DNA of 64,000 nt from Paraphysomonas bandaiensis (lineage: Eukaryota > Protista > Chrysophyceae), in the NCBI GenBank assembly GCA_965644295.1, contig CBFFRP010000218.1, positions 1-64,000 of the forward strand, read 5' to 3'. The translations under genes and the position numbers were made by a program. Shown here piece after piece: positions 35,318-48,720 of the stretch. The notes beneath the pieces are model-generated. The model saw only the letters and a list, made by a program, of their open reading frames with translations. It ran no database searches and was not told the DNA's origin. Position 1 is the first letter of the stretch; every line of letters begins with the position of its first letter.

Positions 35318-37809
35318 CTATATATTATCAATTGATTCAACTATTATGTCAGGTCCTATACTTTTATTGGGTTGCCCTTCAGTGTGAATCTCTGTCCTTC
35401 GTCTTCTTTGTGCCTTGCTATCTTCACTGAGACACCTTCTCATTGCCCGTTGTGCTTCCTCAAGATACGCTTTCACTTCATTAGGCGCATGCTCGGACCA
35501 GTCACAATCCCCACTAAAGTCTGACCGCTGCCATCTAAATCCGACGTTGCTACTACCGCTATTACTACCTTGATCATTCTCACTACCACTGTTGAGAGTC
35601 TGCTGCTTATTCGTGGCTCGCGACACAACTACACTGCATGTAGCCAGAGAATAATTAACTCGCATTCCATCACTCCAGCGAATATAAAAGTCGGGAAGTG
35701 GTGTGTTACTCATGAGCATACACTTGCAGTATACACTTGTGTCCCCAGTGGTCTTGTGTTCATCCTTCGTGTGCGTGGTGGGCTTAGTGATGTATAATAT
35801 AAGTTTAGGAAGCCTTTTGCGAGCCTCCTGAATCATGTGATGGACCCTATTATATATTCTCCGAACTGCCACTGGAAGGTTATCAACTCTATAGCTAGTA
35901 ATCCACATGGAGTCATCGTACAGTATACTCTGCTTAACGTTGTCGACACTGGACGTACTGCTACCCACCGTATCTGTCGTGGTGTCAGCTACAAAACCCC
36001 TTTCGCCAGTACCCCGGCATATGTCTTGTATCTCCCTACACATGTCCTTGGTGACCCGACCCACGCGGACTCTAAGTGGTTCTGTTTTCTTTACACATAA
36101 CCTGCACGGCCTTTGTTTTCCCCGCTTATCCCGAATATAAGTGCAGAAAACAACATCTCCCCCCTTCATCATCAGCACTTCACCGGAGCTGGAAACATAC
36201 TGAAAATCCAGACCGGCTACATGCTCTGCCCCTGGCCTGACACGTGAGACCCACAAACGTACAACTGATGATCCCACGTATCCGCTGGACGGGGCAGACG
36301 CTGTAGATTTAATTCTGTATTGGTCTTGTGCGTGTGTTATGGGTGCACGAGGATAGCCGTTGGAAACACTACTTCCAAAGGAAAGCAAGGAATTGCCTTC
36401 ATTAGTCTGTAGAGTGGACAAGGAGTGCCGGCACAGCGATCCATCTAGGCTTAGCGAAAGCAAACCACTTCGGTTGACACCAATATCTATCCCGGCAGCA
36501 CTACGCGAACGTACACTTAAGTGTCTGAGTGATTGCAATGTATCCCGATATGAGGTAGGTTGTCTCTGCTGGTAACTTATTTGTTGAGGACTGGTGGATG
36601 AATATATACCATCATACGAATGCCTAAGTGGTGATTGGTAGCGACCGCCGACAGCTACTATCTGGCCATGTCGTTGCTGGTGAACCTTATCTGGGTGGTC
36701 ATAGAAACTACTTTCAGGTGTCCGTTCATATCTTCTGGCCGCTGGTGATGTGGCGTAGGCTTCTGTAACACCCTCCTCTCGTACCTTGTCCGGTTGACCC
36801 CTGAATGGGGTGGAGTCATATGATACCAAAGCAGTGGTTGCAAATGACGTGTGAACAGGAGAAACAGAGTTGTTGCCGTGAATTCGAAGAAAGGGATGAG
36901 ATAATATATCCGCAGATGTGGCTCTTGCCTGTGGGTCCTAATACACAACACATATGTGAGTTCAACATAATATCTGAGTCAACAAGTTCTGGTAAACACT
37001 TACCACATGAAGAAGACTTTGTATAAACCCAAGCGCCTCATTCGATAACCGCACTCCAGAAGGTATTCGATATTCTCCTTTCACAATACGCATTAGAGTG
37101 TCCTTCACATTACCTTCTTCAAAGGGTGGTTCACCCGTAAGCATAGAGTAGCAAAGACATCCTAATGACCATAAATCAGCCGGAAATCCATGTGACTGTT
37201 GTGTTGCTACTTCAGGTGCAATATAATTAGGTGTCCCACAAACAGTAAAATGTTCTTCATCAGGATGTTCTAAAGTTACTGCTAATCCAAAATCACATAA
37301 TTTAATATTAAAATTATCATCTAATAAAATATTTGATAATTTTAAATCACGATGTATGATTTTATTTTTTTGTAAGTATCTGATTGCTGATAATAATTGT
37401 ATACAATAATTTGAAACTTGATGTTCTTTAATTGGTCCATGTTTTTTTAAATATCTGTATATATATAACAATATGTTAGTGATGTTATATAGTGTATATA
37501 TATGTATATTTACTTATAAAGATTGCCGTGATTACATGCTTCTAGTAAGATATAGAAATAGACATGATCTTCCCAATATTTAAAGCATTTGACAATATGT
37601 GAATGATTTAATTGTAAATGTATATGAATTTCATTATGAATACGTTTGATATCAATTGTTTGTAATGATTGTTTATATATACATTTACAGGCAAAGATTT
37701 GATGTGTATGTATGTGTTGAATGAGATACACGGTAGCAAATCCACCTGATCCAAGGAGATCAATAATATCATATTGTGGAAGTTGTGGAGATGGAAGAGA
37801 TGAGATCAT
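35318..37809 (-). CDS. PLK4: Polo-like kinase 4 (SAK); exons 37809-37514, 37454-37004, 36937-35318 (788 aa)
   Basis: Kinase motifs LGSGGFATV, HRDLKLSN, DFGLA, CGTPNYIAPE. C-terminal cryptic polo box (YRVDNLP...PKLILY; KCMLMSN...DF.IRWSDG). Both introns keep the frame. Confidence 0.88.
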
Positions 37810-37919
37810 GATAAAAGAGATTATGATTTCATTTATAGTGTGTGTGTAGAGTGAATGTGATGGATATATATGTATGTATGTAGAGAGAGAGGTGTGTATA
37901 TATATATATATGTGTATAT

Positions 37920-38370
37920 GTAGAGCAGGAGAGTGTAGTGGGTAAAGTATATGGACTGCTGTGTATAGTAGTATAGTGTACTCATGTGTAGTGTACTCAT
38001 GTGTAGTGTACTGGTGTATAGTGTACTGGTGTATGGTGTGTATATATCATATAGGTACGGCATACGGTGTTATGATCGTACAGGTAAAGTATATGGACTG
38101 CTGTAGAGAGTAGTATAGTGTACTGGTGTATAGTGGACTGCTGTATAGAGTAGTATAGTAGTATGGTGTACTGGTGTATAGTGGACTGCTGTATAGAGTA
38201 GTATAGTAGTATGGTGTACTGGTGTATGGTGTACTGATGTATAGTGTACTGGTGTATAGTGTACTGGTGTATATACAGTGTTATGTTCATACAGGTAAAG
38301 TATATGGACTGCTGTATAGAGTAGTAGAGTAGTATAGTGTACTGATGTACCGGTGTATGGTGTGTGTATC
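37920..38370. repeat. Degenerate minisatellite (GTATAGTGTACTG-like units) in the divergent intergenic region
   Basis: Direct reading of the sequence. Confidence 0.8.
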
Positions 38371-38868
38371 TATGTAAGTACATGACTGTTGCATCTAGCA
38401 GTATAATGTATATAGCAGCATGCAGAGTATCGTATGATACGTACTCTGTAGATATGTACTGCTGCACATAGCAGTGAAGTCTAGAAGTGTTTGAATACAT
38501 AAGTCAGTATACACTGTACAGAAGCTGTAGATATATACATATATAACACTGTAGAAACCTAATTTCTCCTAATTTTCAGTAATATTTCCCTACTTTTCAT
38601 ATATATCTCCTAATTTATAAAATTATTTTTGAATTTCTATTCTCGTACATATCGATTTTTTCAACTTATTTTATTGAAAAATCATCGTTTTTTCAGTGAA
38701 AAGTGTAAAAAAGTGACTTTTATATATTAAAACGATGACTTTTCAATGAAAAACCCATCAAATCGAATTTTGCATAACCTCCTACTGTGTCGTCGTGGTC
38801 TTCATATATACATACATACACACACAAGTCCTTCATACTTTAACACACTCATATATATATATACAAAC

Positions 38869-40730
38869 ATGTCACAAGATGATACTCATTCACTTGAACA
38901 ATCATATAATAATAAAATAGCAATCTCATCATTACGATCAGCTGCTCGTACCATTGAAAAAGAAGAATCATATGATGCAATGGAAGCAATTCAAGTAGCT
39001 GCTCATGAGATCTCGAATACATTCACAGATACACCATCATCACACCCTCAAACAACTTCAAATGATACACTTCATCCTCCTAAACCTTCTAATGAACCAC
39101 ATCAATCATCATCAAATCGTCGTGTCAGTATAACTGAAGATGCAAATGAATTAATTCAACAAATTAAAGCGAATCCAAGTGTATCATCAACAAACCATCA
39201 ACAAAAACATATTAAAGATGATATAAATGATGATGTTAATGATTTAATTCAAGCTGTTGATAAAAGTCAATTAGATGAAGATGTAGATGCTTTAATTACT
39301 GCAATGGATGAAACATCTACTAAACGACCTGTGAATGCACGTTATTTAAAGATGTTAGCCAAACAAAAACAAAAGAAATCACAACGAAACTATCAGTCTT
39401 CACAACGGAATGTTAAGACAGAATTGTGTAGATTATCACAAACATTACATGATTATGAAGATAGTCGATGGGTTCAACATGTTGCAAGTCAATCGTTTAA
39501 AAGTTATAATGAAGAGATACTCTTTAAGAGTATGAGAAAAGTTATAACTAATAAACAAAAAAAGAAATCAGGAAGTAAAAGTTTGAGTCGTAATACAATT
39601 AATCGGCTTGCACAATCACATGGACGCCTTGCAGGTGTGTATGTATGTAGATGTGTGTATGTTGCCTGTGTATATGTAGTGTATGTATGTGTATAGATGT
39701 ATGTAGCTCACTGTTTCTGAGTAGATATGATCTGTATATGTGGATAGTGTTTTATATGTATGTATATGCGTATGTAGCTGTTTATATGTATTTCGAAATG
39801 AACTCTGTAAGATTGATGGTGTGTGTTGCTGTGTAGGGTGGGATGATGTACTTCATACTCCGAAAGACCGCTCTAAGATATACTCTTCGTATGATGATGC
39901 AAAAAATTGTCGTTTCCGACCCAAGACTAACGTAAAGAGGTCAGCGAAAGGGGACGATGATGACGAGGGGGATAGCACGTTCATTGCCCGACAAGAAGCA
40001 TTAGAAAGGGCACGACGAGATGAGCAAGAGTTCAAGAAAGGAAAAGCGGTATGTAATAGTAGTAATAGATCAAAGTGTGAAAACAGTGGGGTACATGTAT
40101 GAAGTACTGTATAATATAATGTAACTGCAACCTTGTTTTCATTTGTGGTATTCATAGGATTATGAAGCCCTTGTCGACAAACGCTACTGTCCCAGTTGTG
40201 GTGCCAAGCAGAGCTATGATGAAGTGAAAGAGAAACGCAAGCGATGTCCCAATTGCAACGTTGAATATAAACGAAAAACTGCCTGGGGAGACGTTGAAGA
40301 AGAATTTTATAACCGCCAGAACAAGTCCTTCTTACATAAGAAAGAAATGATAGAAGAGATGAAGAAGCAACTGATGGAAGAGGAAAAGACAATGCGGAAA
40401 ACAATGGTTAGAACTTGTTTGAACTGTGGCCCTCTATATTCTTGTTTTCTGTTAGCGTTTCTGTGTATGTGTTGACGTGGTATATAATAGGTGGACCCCA
40501 AAACAGGCAGATTAATTGTGGAGGAAGTTTCTGACGATGGGTCGCTGATATGGACCGAAGAAGTTGAAAAAGATTTCTTTGATCGAATGAAACATAGCGA
40601 GGAGAAAAAAAGACAAAGACTGCAGCACGTAGAAGAAGAAATGTACGGGTGCTTGAACAGCACGAACAGTAAGTCCAGGAGTCAGGTGTTTACGCAATCC
40701 ACAGATGACGAATATATGTTTTATGCATAG
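38869..40730 (+). CDS. Hypothetical protein with C4 zinc ribbon; exons 38869-39634, 39837-40048, 40158-40406, 40491-40730
   Basis: Three in-frame GT-AG introns. CPSC...CPNC motif and charged helical segments. Confidence 0.7.
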
Positions 40731-41270
40731 AAATTGGGGACCTGGTATTCAATCTAGCGAATATATCACTGTGGTGTAATGCTACGGTGCAGTTAGTTGG
40801 TACACTATGCTCTGTGTATTGGTTTAGAAAGAGATAATATTTCTCATTTTGGGTGTATAGAGAGCTGCTTTAGGTTGCTGGATGTTGCTGAGCTGTTCAT
40901 TTATTATGAATTTTACTGTATAACTTGTAGAAATAAGAACATAAACGATATGTGACTTGATTTTTCAAGGTTTGGTTATTGCAGTTACGTGTATGTTGAG
41001 TTTTCTAAGACAGAGTTGCTAAATTGTAATGATGTGAGAATAATGTAGTTGTTGGAAAGCGTCAATGCCAATATTTTCTTTAGACATCGTATCTTCAATA
41101 GATGCTGTAATATTTTAGTTTATTGTGCATTTTATTCCTTCTCATATTGTTGTTGCTGTCTATTGCCTATTGTGGTGTTCCATTACAACAGAATGCAACC
41201 TATATAGTAGCGATGAGTTCCATAAACGTTCGTATGTAACAGGACATAGTACTAGAACTTGGAAAACATG

Positions 41271-44200
41271 AATATTGAAAGTCTTATTATAATATTAGCA
41301 ATAGGCGTTAAAAACCTGCACCAACTTAATAGCTAGATGAATGCTAGACAAACTAGTTAGACCTCTACCTGTAACTAATCAGTACACACTTTTTTTATCC
41401 TACTATTTAACGCTACGGAGGCTGCTTGTGCGTCGCCGCAAGCACCAAGGTGCGACTACTTCCGCTCTGAGTTCTTAAGGTGAACATCCCGGATGCTTGA
41501 CTTCAGCAGGCAGCCCAATACCCCAGTTACCCTTCAGCTGGGCCCATTCCCGGATGCCTGTTTATTCGTCAGGGCCGAAAGACGTCTACACAAGTGACAC
41601 TTCTTGGTGTCCCTTGTACCACACAAGCATCCGGCTATGATCGGGCAGAAGAATATCTGCTGACTATGTTTGCGGCTCACGTTTTAGTTTCCCAGAGAGA
41701 ATCTCTCCCTCAGTACACCACGAAAAGGCGCGAGTCCGACTTTGTTGAGGGAATTAATGGCAATTCAATTAAATGTTACTATTGGCTATTGACTCAAGAC
41801 AAGAATGTTACGAAACCTTCAATCCCAGGAGCCCCTCCATCCATGCTCGAACTTACCCCTTCCCCTACAACACAGACTACGACGTGCCCTCTGCACTAGA
41901 ATCAAACCAGCAATGGTGGACCTCCTAGAAAAGGCTCTGGAAAAGGACATTACACATGCCGAATTCTACTCCACCCTATACTCCCTCTCCTTCATTCGGG
42001 CCCCTAGGCCATCAATGGTCTTCTCCAACATGGTCAAATCCTGGCCGCCAGCCATACAACAGGAAGCATTCACCCTTATAAAAAGTCACTCTGGAAACAC
42101 AAGCACGTGCCTACTTGGTGGCGAGACACTTAAGAAACAAGGAGAACCCTCATTTTTCAACCTTCGACAATTGGTCTGCTCAAAATATCGCAGAAAATAC
42201 TGACAAGATTAATCTCTCGTAGGATACTTTTATAGTTAGTAGGGAGGAACAGCAGGTTCTACACCCGTTCCAACATGGATATCGCTGGAGAAACTGTACT
42301 GACACGGCCATCTTACGGGTACTTGCAGCCTCAGAAGCAGCCAGACGTAACAATGCACAACACATATGTACACTCTGGGACTTCAAAAAAGCCTTCGACT
42401 CCATCACACCTCTAACCTAATGAGACTAGCATGGGCACGGCTCGGAGTTCCCGCTGCTGTGTGGTCGAATGGTTTGGCAATTTAGACGCTGGAGAGGCCT
42501 CACATTCCCATGGACTCCGTTCATGGCGAATAATATTGAACCATGTTCACTGGCAGACCTCTTAGCTGCAGACGAACACTTCATTGCCCAGTTCGTCCTA
42601 GGATTTGAGGCCGCAAGAGGTATCACACAAGGGGGCACCGAATCCACATCATGTGCCTGGGTTGCGCTACACGATATCCTTCTTACATGGCCAGACATAG
42701 ATCTCAGAGCAATCTGTCTCACACCATCACCATTACTCCTCCAGACCCCAACTTCAGAGAAAAAAGTCTCCTTTGCGGAAGACATCACCACAATTGACGC
42801 GTCTATCTCTCAAGCCCAGGACACGGCTGTACGAATGTCAGTGTTCTGCGTCTTCTCGGGAATGGAGCTCTCGGCACCTAAAGTAATCTGCACTATATGT
42901 TCCCACGCTTACAGGAACCCCTCCCTCCGTCAACCCAACCGGACACATCGTCTTATATGACTGGGGGACTGGAGACCGCAATCTGTACCAATTCAAACGT
43001 CTCATGAATCGATACACTATCTAGGAGCAGATCTACCACTGACGCCTACTGACACAGACTCTTACAACTGGGTGCACAAAATACCTAAAGGCCGCAGGCA
43101 CACACCTTGGAATCAAGCAGGCCTTAGCTGGTTGTGCAAAGTCATGGTTATTGAGACCCAAATCATTCCCACCCTACTTTACAACGCCACCAAAGCATCA
43201 TGGCCCCTACAATATGGTACAAGGACATTGATTCCACCTGTGCATCTCTCTACAGGTAGGCACTAAGCCTGGGTCCTGGATACCCCACGGAACTGATCTA
43301 CCTCTCCCTCAAACATAATGGACTGGGAATGAAACGCTTTTCGGATTTCGCTCAAGAACAAAAATAGGGCTCACTATAGCGTGCCATCATCCTAAGTGGG
43401 GATGCAGGTGAAGCAGCGCACTTCCTCCTTACACAGGCAATTGCTCTGCAGCCAAACTACCACCACTTTGCCTTAAGCCTAAGGGAATGGGGTAACGAGG
43501 TCGGCCTCACACTCCAACAAACCGAGCCCCCTGAACCTCAAGATGCACACACCCTGACTAACAATATACGCACCCAAGGGCTTGATGATGCCGACTCTGA
43601 TACTTATCAAGCAATCTTCACAGACGGATCATACACGCCCGCAGCTCTTTCCCCACGCCGCATCATGCATGTACACCCACGCACAAGATGGACACATCAC
43701 GAAGGAGCGGCAGCTGTCTGGCTCCCCCCAGAGCATGAATGGGAGAACGGCACTACAAAAATCCTGCGTTTAGAGACACCCTTCAAAGACGTACCTGGAC
43801 TTGTCCCGTATGCGTATGAACTCATGGGAGCTGCGATAGCACTAATACTATCTGCGCGACTCCCTGCGCACTTACCGACTTACATGGACTGTAAAGTCGT
43901 ATGCATCCGCACTGACGAGGCACTTTCCACCAGACGTCGGGCCCTAGAGGGCATCGTGTAAAGGTGTACTGCTCGAAAGCATTGTGGCTAATAAAGCTTG
44001 TACAAGGAAAGTAGAATAGCACACTGAACGACGTACCACTGATGAATCTGAATGTGGACATATGAAGACAAAGGCATTTACGTTGCAGACGCAATAGCCG
44101 GAGAGGACTGGTTTGAAGTTGACCGACTACTGGGACGACAAAACTACACTGTGTGTACCATAGAAGTGGACCAAGCCATTGAGCGAATACTCACGGCGGG

Positions 44201-44404
44201 CTTATGGCACAGGCGCCTATCCGGGGAACGACGGCCGCATCGTACAAGCCCCCTACTCACGGATTTCCACTCCCTCTGCAGCCACGGACGCAAGAGGCCT
44301 ACAGTTCTGGGTAGCGGTCTAAATAGTATGTCTAGCATTCAACTAGCCACTACATTGGTGCAGGTTTTTAACGCCTATTGCTAAATAATAAGACGTTTAA
44401 TATT
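41271..44404 (+). mobile_element. TIR-bounded element carrying a degenerate LINE-type RT + RNase H
   Basis: About 105-bp imperfect inverted repeats at 41271-41376 and 44304-44404 flank the RT remnants. Confidence 0.8.
41805..44300 (+). pseudogene. Non-LTR (LINE-type) reverse transcriptase + RNase H with frameshifts and stops
   Basis: Ordered motifs across frames: RAPRPS, LHPFQHGYR, WDFKKAFDS, GITQGG, FAEDI, HYLG, then IFTDGS, AYELMG, YMDCK, GIYVADAIA. Confidence 0.88.
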
Positions 44405-44967
44405 TTATACCTCTTTTATATCAACCTCTGAATCTTGATATAGTTAGAAATGCATACTATATGCATTAAACCCTTTCATACCATTAAACGGAATGCATCA
44501 TCATACCATACGATACGATGCATTATAACAATAACATCATCATAGATAGTAGTAAACAATCATATAACCCTCATACGGTAATTCCACACGACTTGAAGGA
44601 GGGCAAACCCCATTCAGACTGGTGCTATGAATTTGTGAAAAAAGTGGACACTAACTTCAAAAAGACTCTAACTTATTGCATGCTTAAAATATAAGAAAAA
44701 ACTCTTTCCAGCAAAAGTAGGGGGGAGTGCAGTGCACATCCCGTTGTGATGAAAATCACAGGTGTAAATAAAGTCATGCAGATATAACATTGTGAAATAC
44801 ATGGATATAATAAATAAAAGCAGTAAATATATGCAAACATCACAGCAAGCACGCGCATATAAAACAAATGTAGCAAACAAATATAAAAAGTAGCATACAC
44901 AACGAAAACAAATTACATCACAAGCTTCTAGGTAGATGGATGTGGTGAACAAAAATACGTTTAAAAC

Positions 44968-47020
44968 TTACCTGAGAAGAAACCCTCCAAACGGACTAGC
45001 ACCACCGAGAAGAGGAGCAGGGCTACGCACTGGTGAGTCGGTAGATTTGTGCGAGGCATTTCCTGTTGAGGTAGCCATAAAGTAAGTGTACATTCAGATG
45101 ACAATAAAATGCTAATAATGCTGGAAACACATACAGTCACTTCTATACAGTTTTACTCTATGCAACTGAATATACAGGTCAGCTTCGTCGTTGAAATAGG
45201 AACCTGCAAATATGTCCCAAAAACGGAGTGTTTCGTCAGCGCCCGCAGATACAACTGAGCTCCCATCTGGACTTTTCGCCATATGGAGTACTCTGGCAGT
45301 GTGATCTTTGAACTCTCTATAGATAAAGTAAAACTACCTCATATCGTTATGACGTGTCATTTTTACCGAATTTTCACTAAATTATCTCCAGATGTCATCT
45401 TCCACAGGCAGAGCTGGTTGTCTGAGAACCCATGAGAAGAGACAAGTTCCCGATGCGTTTCTGACCACAGCATTGCGCATACTTGAGAACCCGTATCGAT
45501 GGTACTTAAGTTTGTTCCTAAAATAAAAATGAATAAGTTCATGAAGAAAAGCATAAAGCCACATGCACACCAGTACTCGTGTTCCATAGACGAATAGTTT
45601 TGTCAGCGGTGCCTCCCCCAGAAGCAAGAGTGTTGCGTTGGTAAGGACACCATGATAACGCTTTGACTGCGGCTTGGTGTTGCTCCAGCCTATATCTAGG
45701 TGTTGAAGAATTAGTGGAGAGCCCTCTTCGTGGAGTAGCTACAACATCCAAGTTAATGATAGGCTAATGAAGAATAAAACCCTACTCACACATTCCACCG
45801 ACGGACGATGACCTTCCGCCTCGAGCTCCACTCATAGCAGCATCCCATAAGCAAAGCTTGTTGCCGTTGCAACCAGAGGCGAGAGTAGTACCGTCAGGAG
45901 ACCAGCTAAGGCCACACACCTGCAACATTGCCATCCGTCACACATTGAAAAAGAGCGGTGGAATGTGTATGCATATTCACCTCTTGCTGATGCCCAAGAA
46001 AAGTAGATGTAAGGTGTCTGCTTTGACGGGTATCGTGATTTAGTATAGCACTGTCACGCCCTCCAGAGGTAAGGGTAAGCCCGTTCCAGGATAGTGATGA
46101 TACTCTGGAGGTATGTCCACTCATCTCGCGTACTTTAGTTAGTCGCTCTGTGTCCCATATCTATCGTACATATAAAAACAAATTACTCTCGTTGCACATA
46201 TATACCTGAATGGTGTTATTACTGGTCCCAATTGCAAGGGTATTCTCGCTTTCATTGCCACAAAACTGCACACTAGACACATGCTGATCTTCATCCAAGG
46301 AAAGAAGGTGGTCAATATGACCGTCAGATGCATGCCATAAGTACACAGAATCGTTAAGAGCTATAGCAATGCTGTTGTTAATTCCCCATGAAAGGAGATT
46401 CAAATAGTAGTCGTCAATTAGCCCTACTCACAACAGCAAACGTTTGAGATCTCAACTGAAGAAATTCATATACCTTACCCGGAGCATCAAGTATCTTAGA
46501 CGGAGCCACAGGAAGATATCGCACAGCTTTCTTCGAAGTAGATTTGCGAGGAGTGTAAGAAGCAGTCTGTAGAGGGCAATATTACAAATTCAAGTTAATA
46601 TCTATTGTTGATAAACAGCACAACACTCACTCGTAGAGTAACAGGTGTACTAGAACTGGATGAAGGAGTATCTGAATCGTCAAAACATTCCAACATTCTT
46701 TTTCCAGGTGTTTGATTAGTTACACGAAGTACACATGAGTTTAGTGTCATCTGTGTGTGGGTCGTGTGTCCCTTAAAGCTCTCTGAATTTTCTTTTTTTC
46801 CTAAATCACAAATAAGGTTATGATTACAATAATCAAAATCAATTTTTCGTCGATTAGGAATAAAACGATCCCCATCGCCTGATGGAGATTGTAGTTTTCT
46901 TCTACGAGGAGTACATGGTGATAAGCTGTTAGGATTGCATACTTTAATGCCTGAGCTGTTAGTTGTTTTGCAACTATTCGATGTTAGTTTGCTTGGAGTG
47001 CTTGGGGATAGATACTCCAT
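44968..47020 (-). CDS. CDC20: APC/C activator CDC20/Fizzy (multi-exon WD40 protein)
   Basis: C-box DRFIPNR, KEN box, [44 protein letters not shown] and a C-terminal LR tail. GT-AG introns. Confidence 0.92.
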
Positions 47021-47201
47021 TGGTAAGTTAGTTGATTGTTAGATTGTGAGAGTTGGTTACGGTTGTGGTTGATAGTTTAATAGTTGATGAAGTGAGTTCT
47101 ATACATAGATACGCTCCTCTATAACATCTACACACCCTCATAATACATATACATACATACACATATCCCAACGGTCACATCTTATGATCCTCACCATCAC
47201 C

Positions 47202-47817
47202 ACATACATACATACATACATACATACATACATACATACATACATACATACATACATACATACATACATACATACATACATACATACATACATACATACA
47301 TACATACATACATACATACATACATACATACATACATACATACATACATACATACATACATACATACATACATACATACATACATACATACATACATACA
47401 TACATACATACATACATACATACATACATACATACATACATACATACATACATACATACATACATACATACATACATACATACGTACATACATACATACA
47501 TACATACATACATACATACATACATACATACATACATACATACATACATACATACATACATACATACATACATACATACATACATACATACATACATACA
47601 TTCATACGTACATACATACATACATACATACATACATACATACATACATACATACATACATACATACATACATACATACATACATACATACATACATACA
47701 TACATACATACATACATACATACATACATACATACATACATACATACATACATACATACATACATACATACATACATACATACGTACATACATACATACA
47801 TACATACATACATACAT
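47202..47817 (+). repeat. (CATA)n microsatellite
   Basis: Direct reading of the sequence. Confidence 0.98.
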
Positions 47818-48720
47818 AATCATCTGACATTTCATGAATTACAAATTGCTGAATGGTATGATAACAATATGGCGAATACTCCTGTATCAAAACGAGTAAT
47901 GGCATTGACTCCAATCAGATAGTCGGCTCCTATATTACATTGTTGTGCCACATCAGTAAGAATGAGTGATATTTACACTGAACTGGTGCTACAGTGTAAT
48001 ATAGAAGCCGATTATATGATTGGAGTCAATGCTGTTACTCCTTTTGATTCGATGTTTGCCATATTGTTCTCATGGCATTCTTTGTTAGTATACAACTCCA
48101 TGTTGACCTCAGATACGATGCATGCAAGACGGCATTAGGAGCGTTGCAGCATAACATGGGCGAGATACTACGCAACCTAGAGGTGGTGCGAAATGATATG
48201 ACCGAGATGTAAAATTGTATGGCCGGGATAAAACGAAGCGTACTTCCCAATTAATGTATGGCAGTTATTGGATGAACCGACAACAGTGCTGAATTATAAG
48301 CCATTAGCATGTCGGTTATCCGCAAATGAGAGCATCAATTGCAATTCACTTATTGATTTTATGTTTGGAATATTATTTTTGGTAGCATTCGGTTTGGATT
48401 TTATTATGATGTGATAGGGTTAAGGTTAGTAACTGAATATCAAAGTTTGGCATCTTACGAGTAGAATTAACTGAACAACTGTAAACTTATTTACTCAGCT
48501 GAGAATCACTATATTCCTTTTCACTACTTTTCGTCATGATGCTAATTCTCATAATACGGTTCACAATAACTGTATATTCTCGTAACGGTCGTTATAATAT
48601 AAATACCTTGTAACTTGTAACGACAGCTCTCAATTGCTCTCAAACTGTTAAACTCAGCACTGAACACTTAATTATTCTTGACATTCGGTTGGTACTACAC
48701 TTATAAATAAGTAATAAAAC

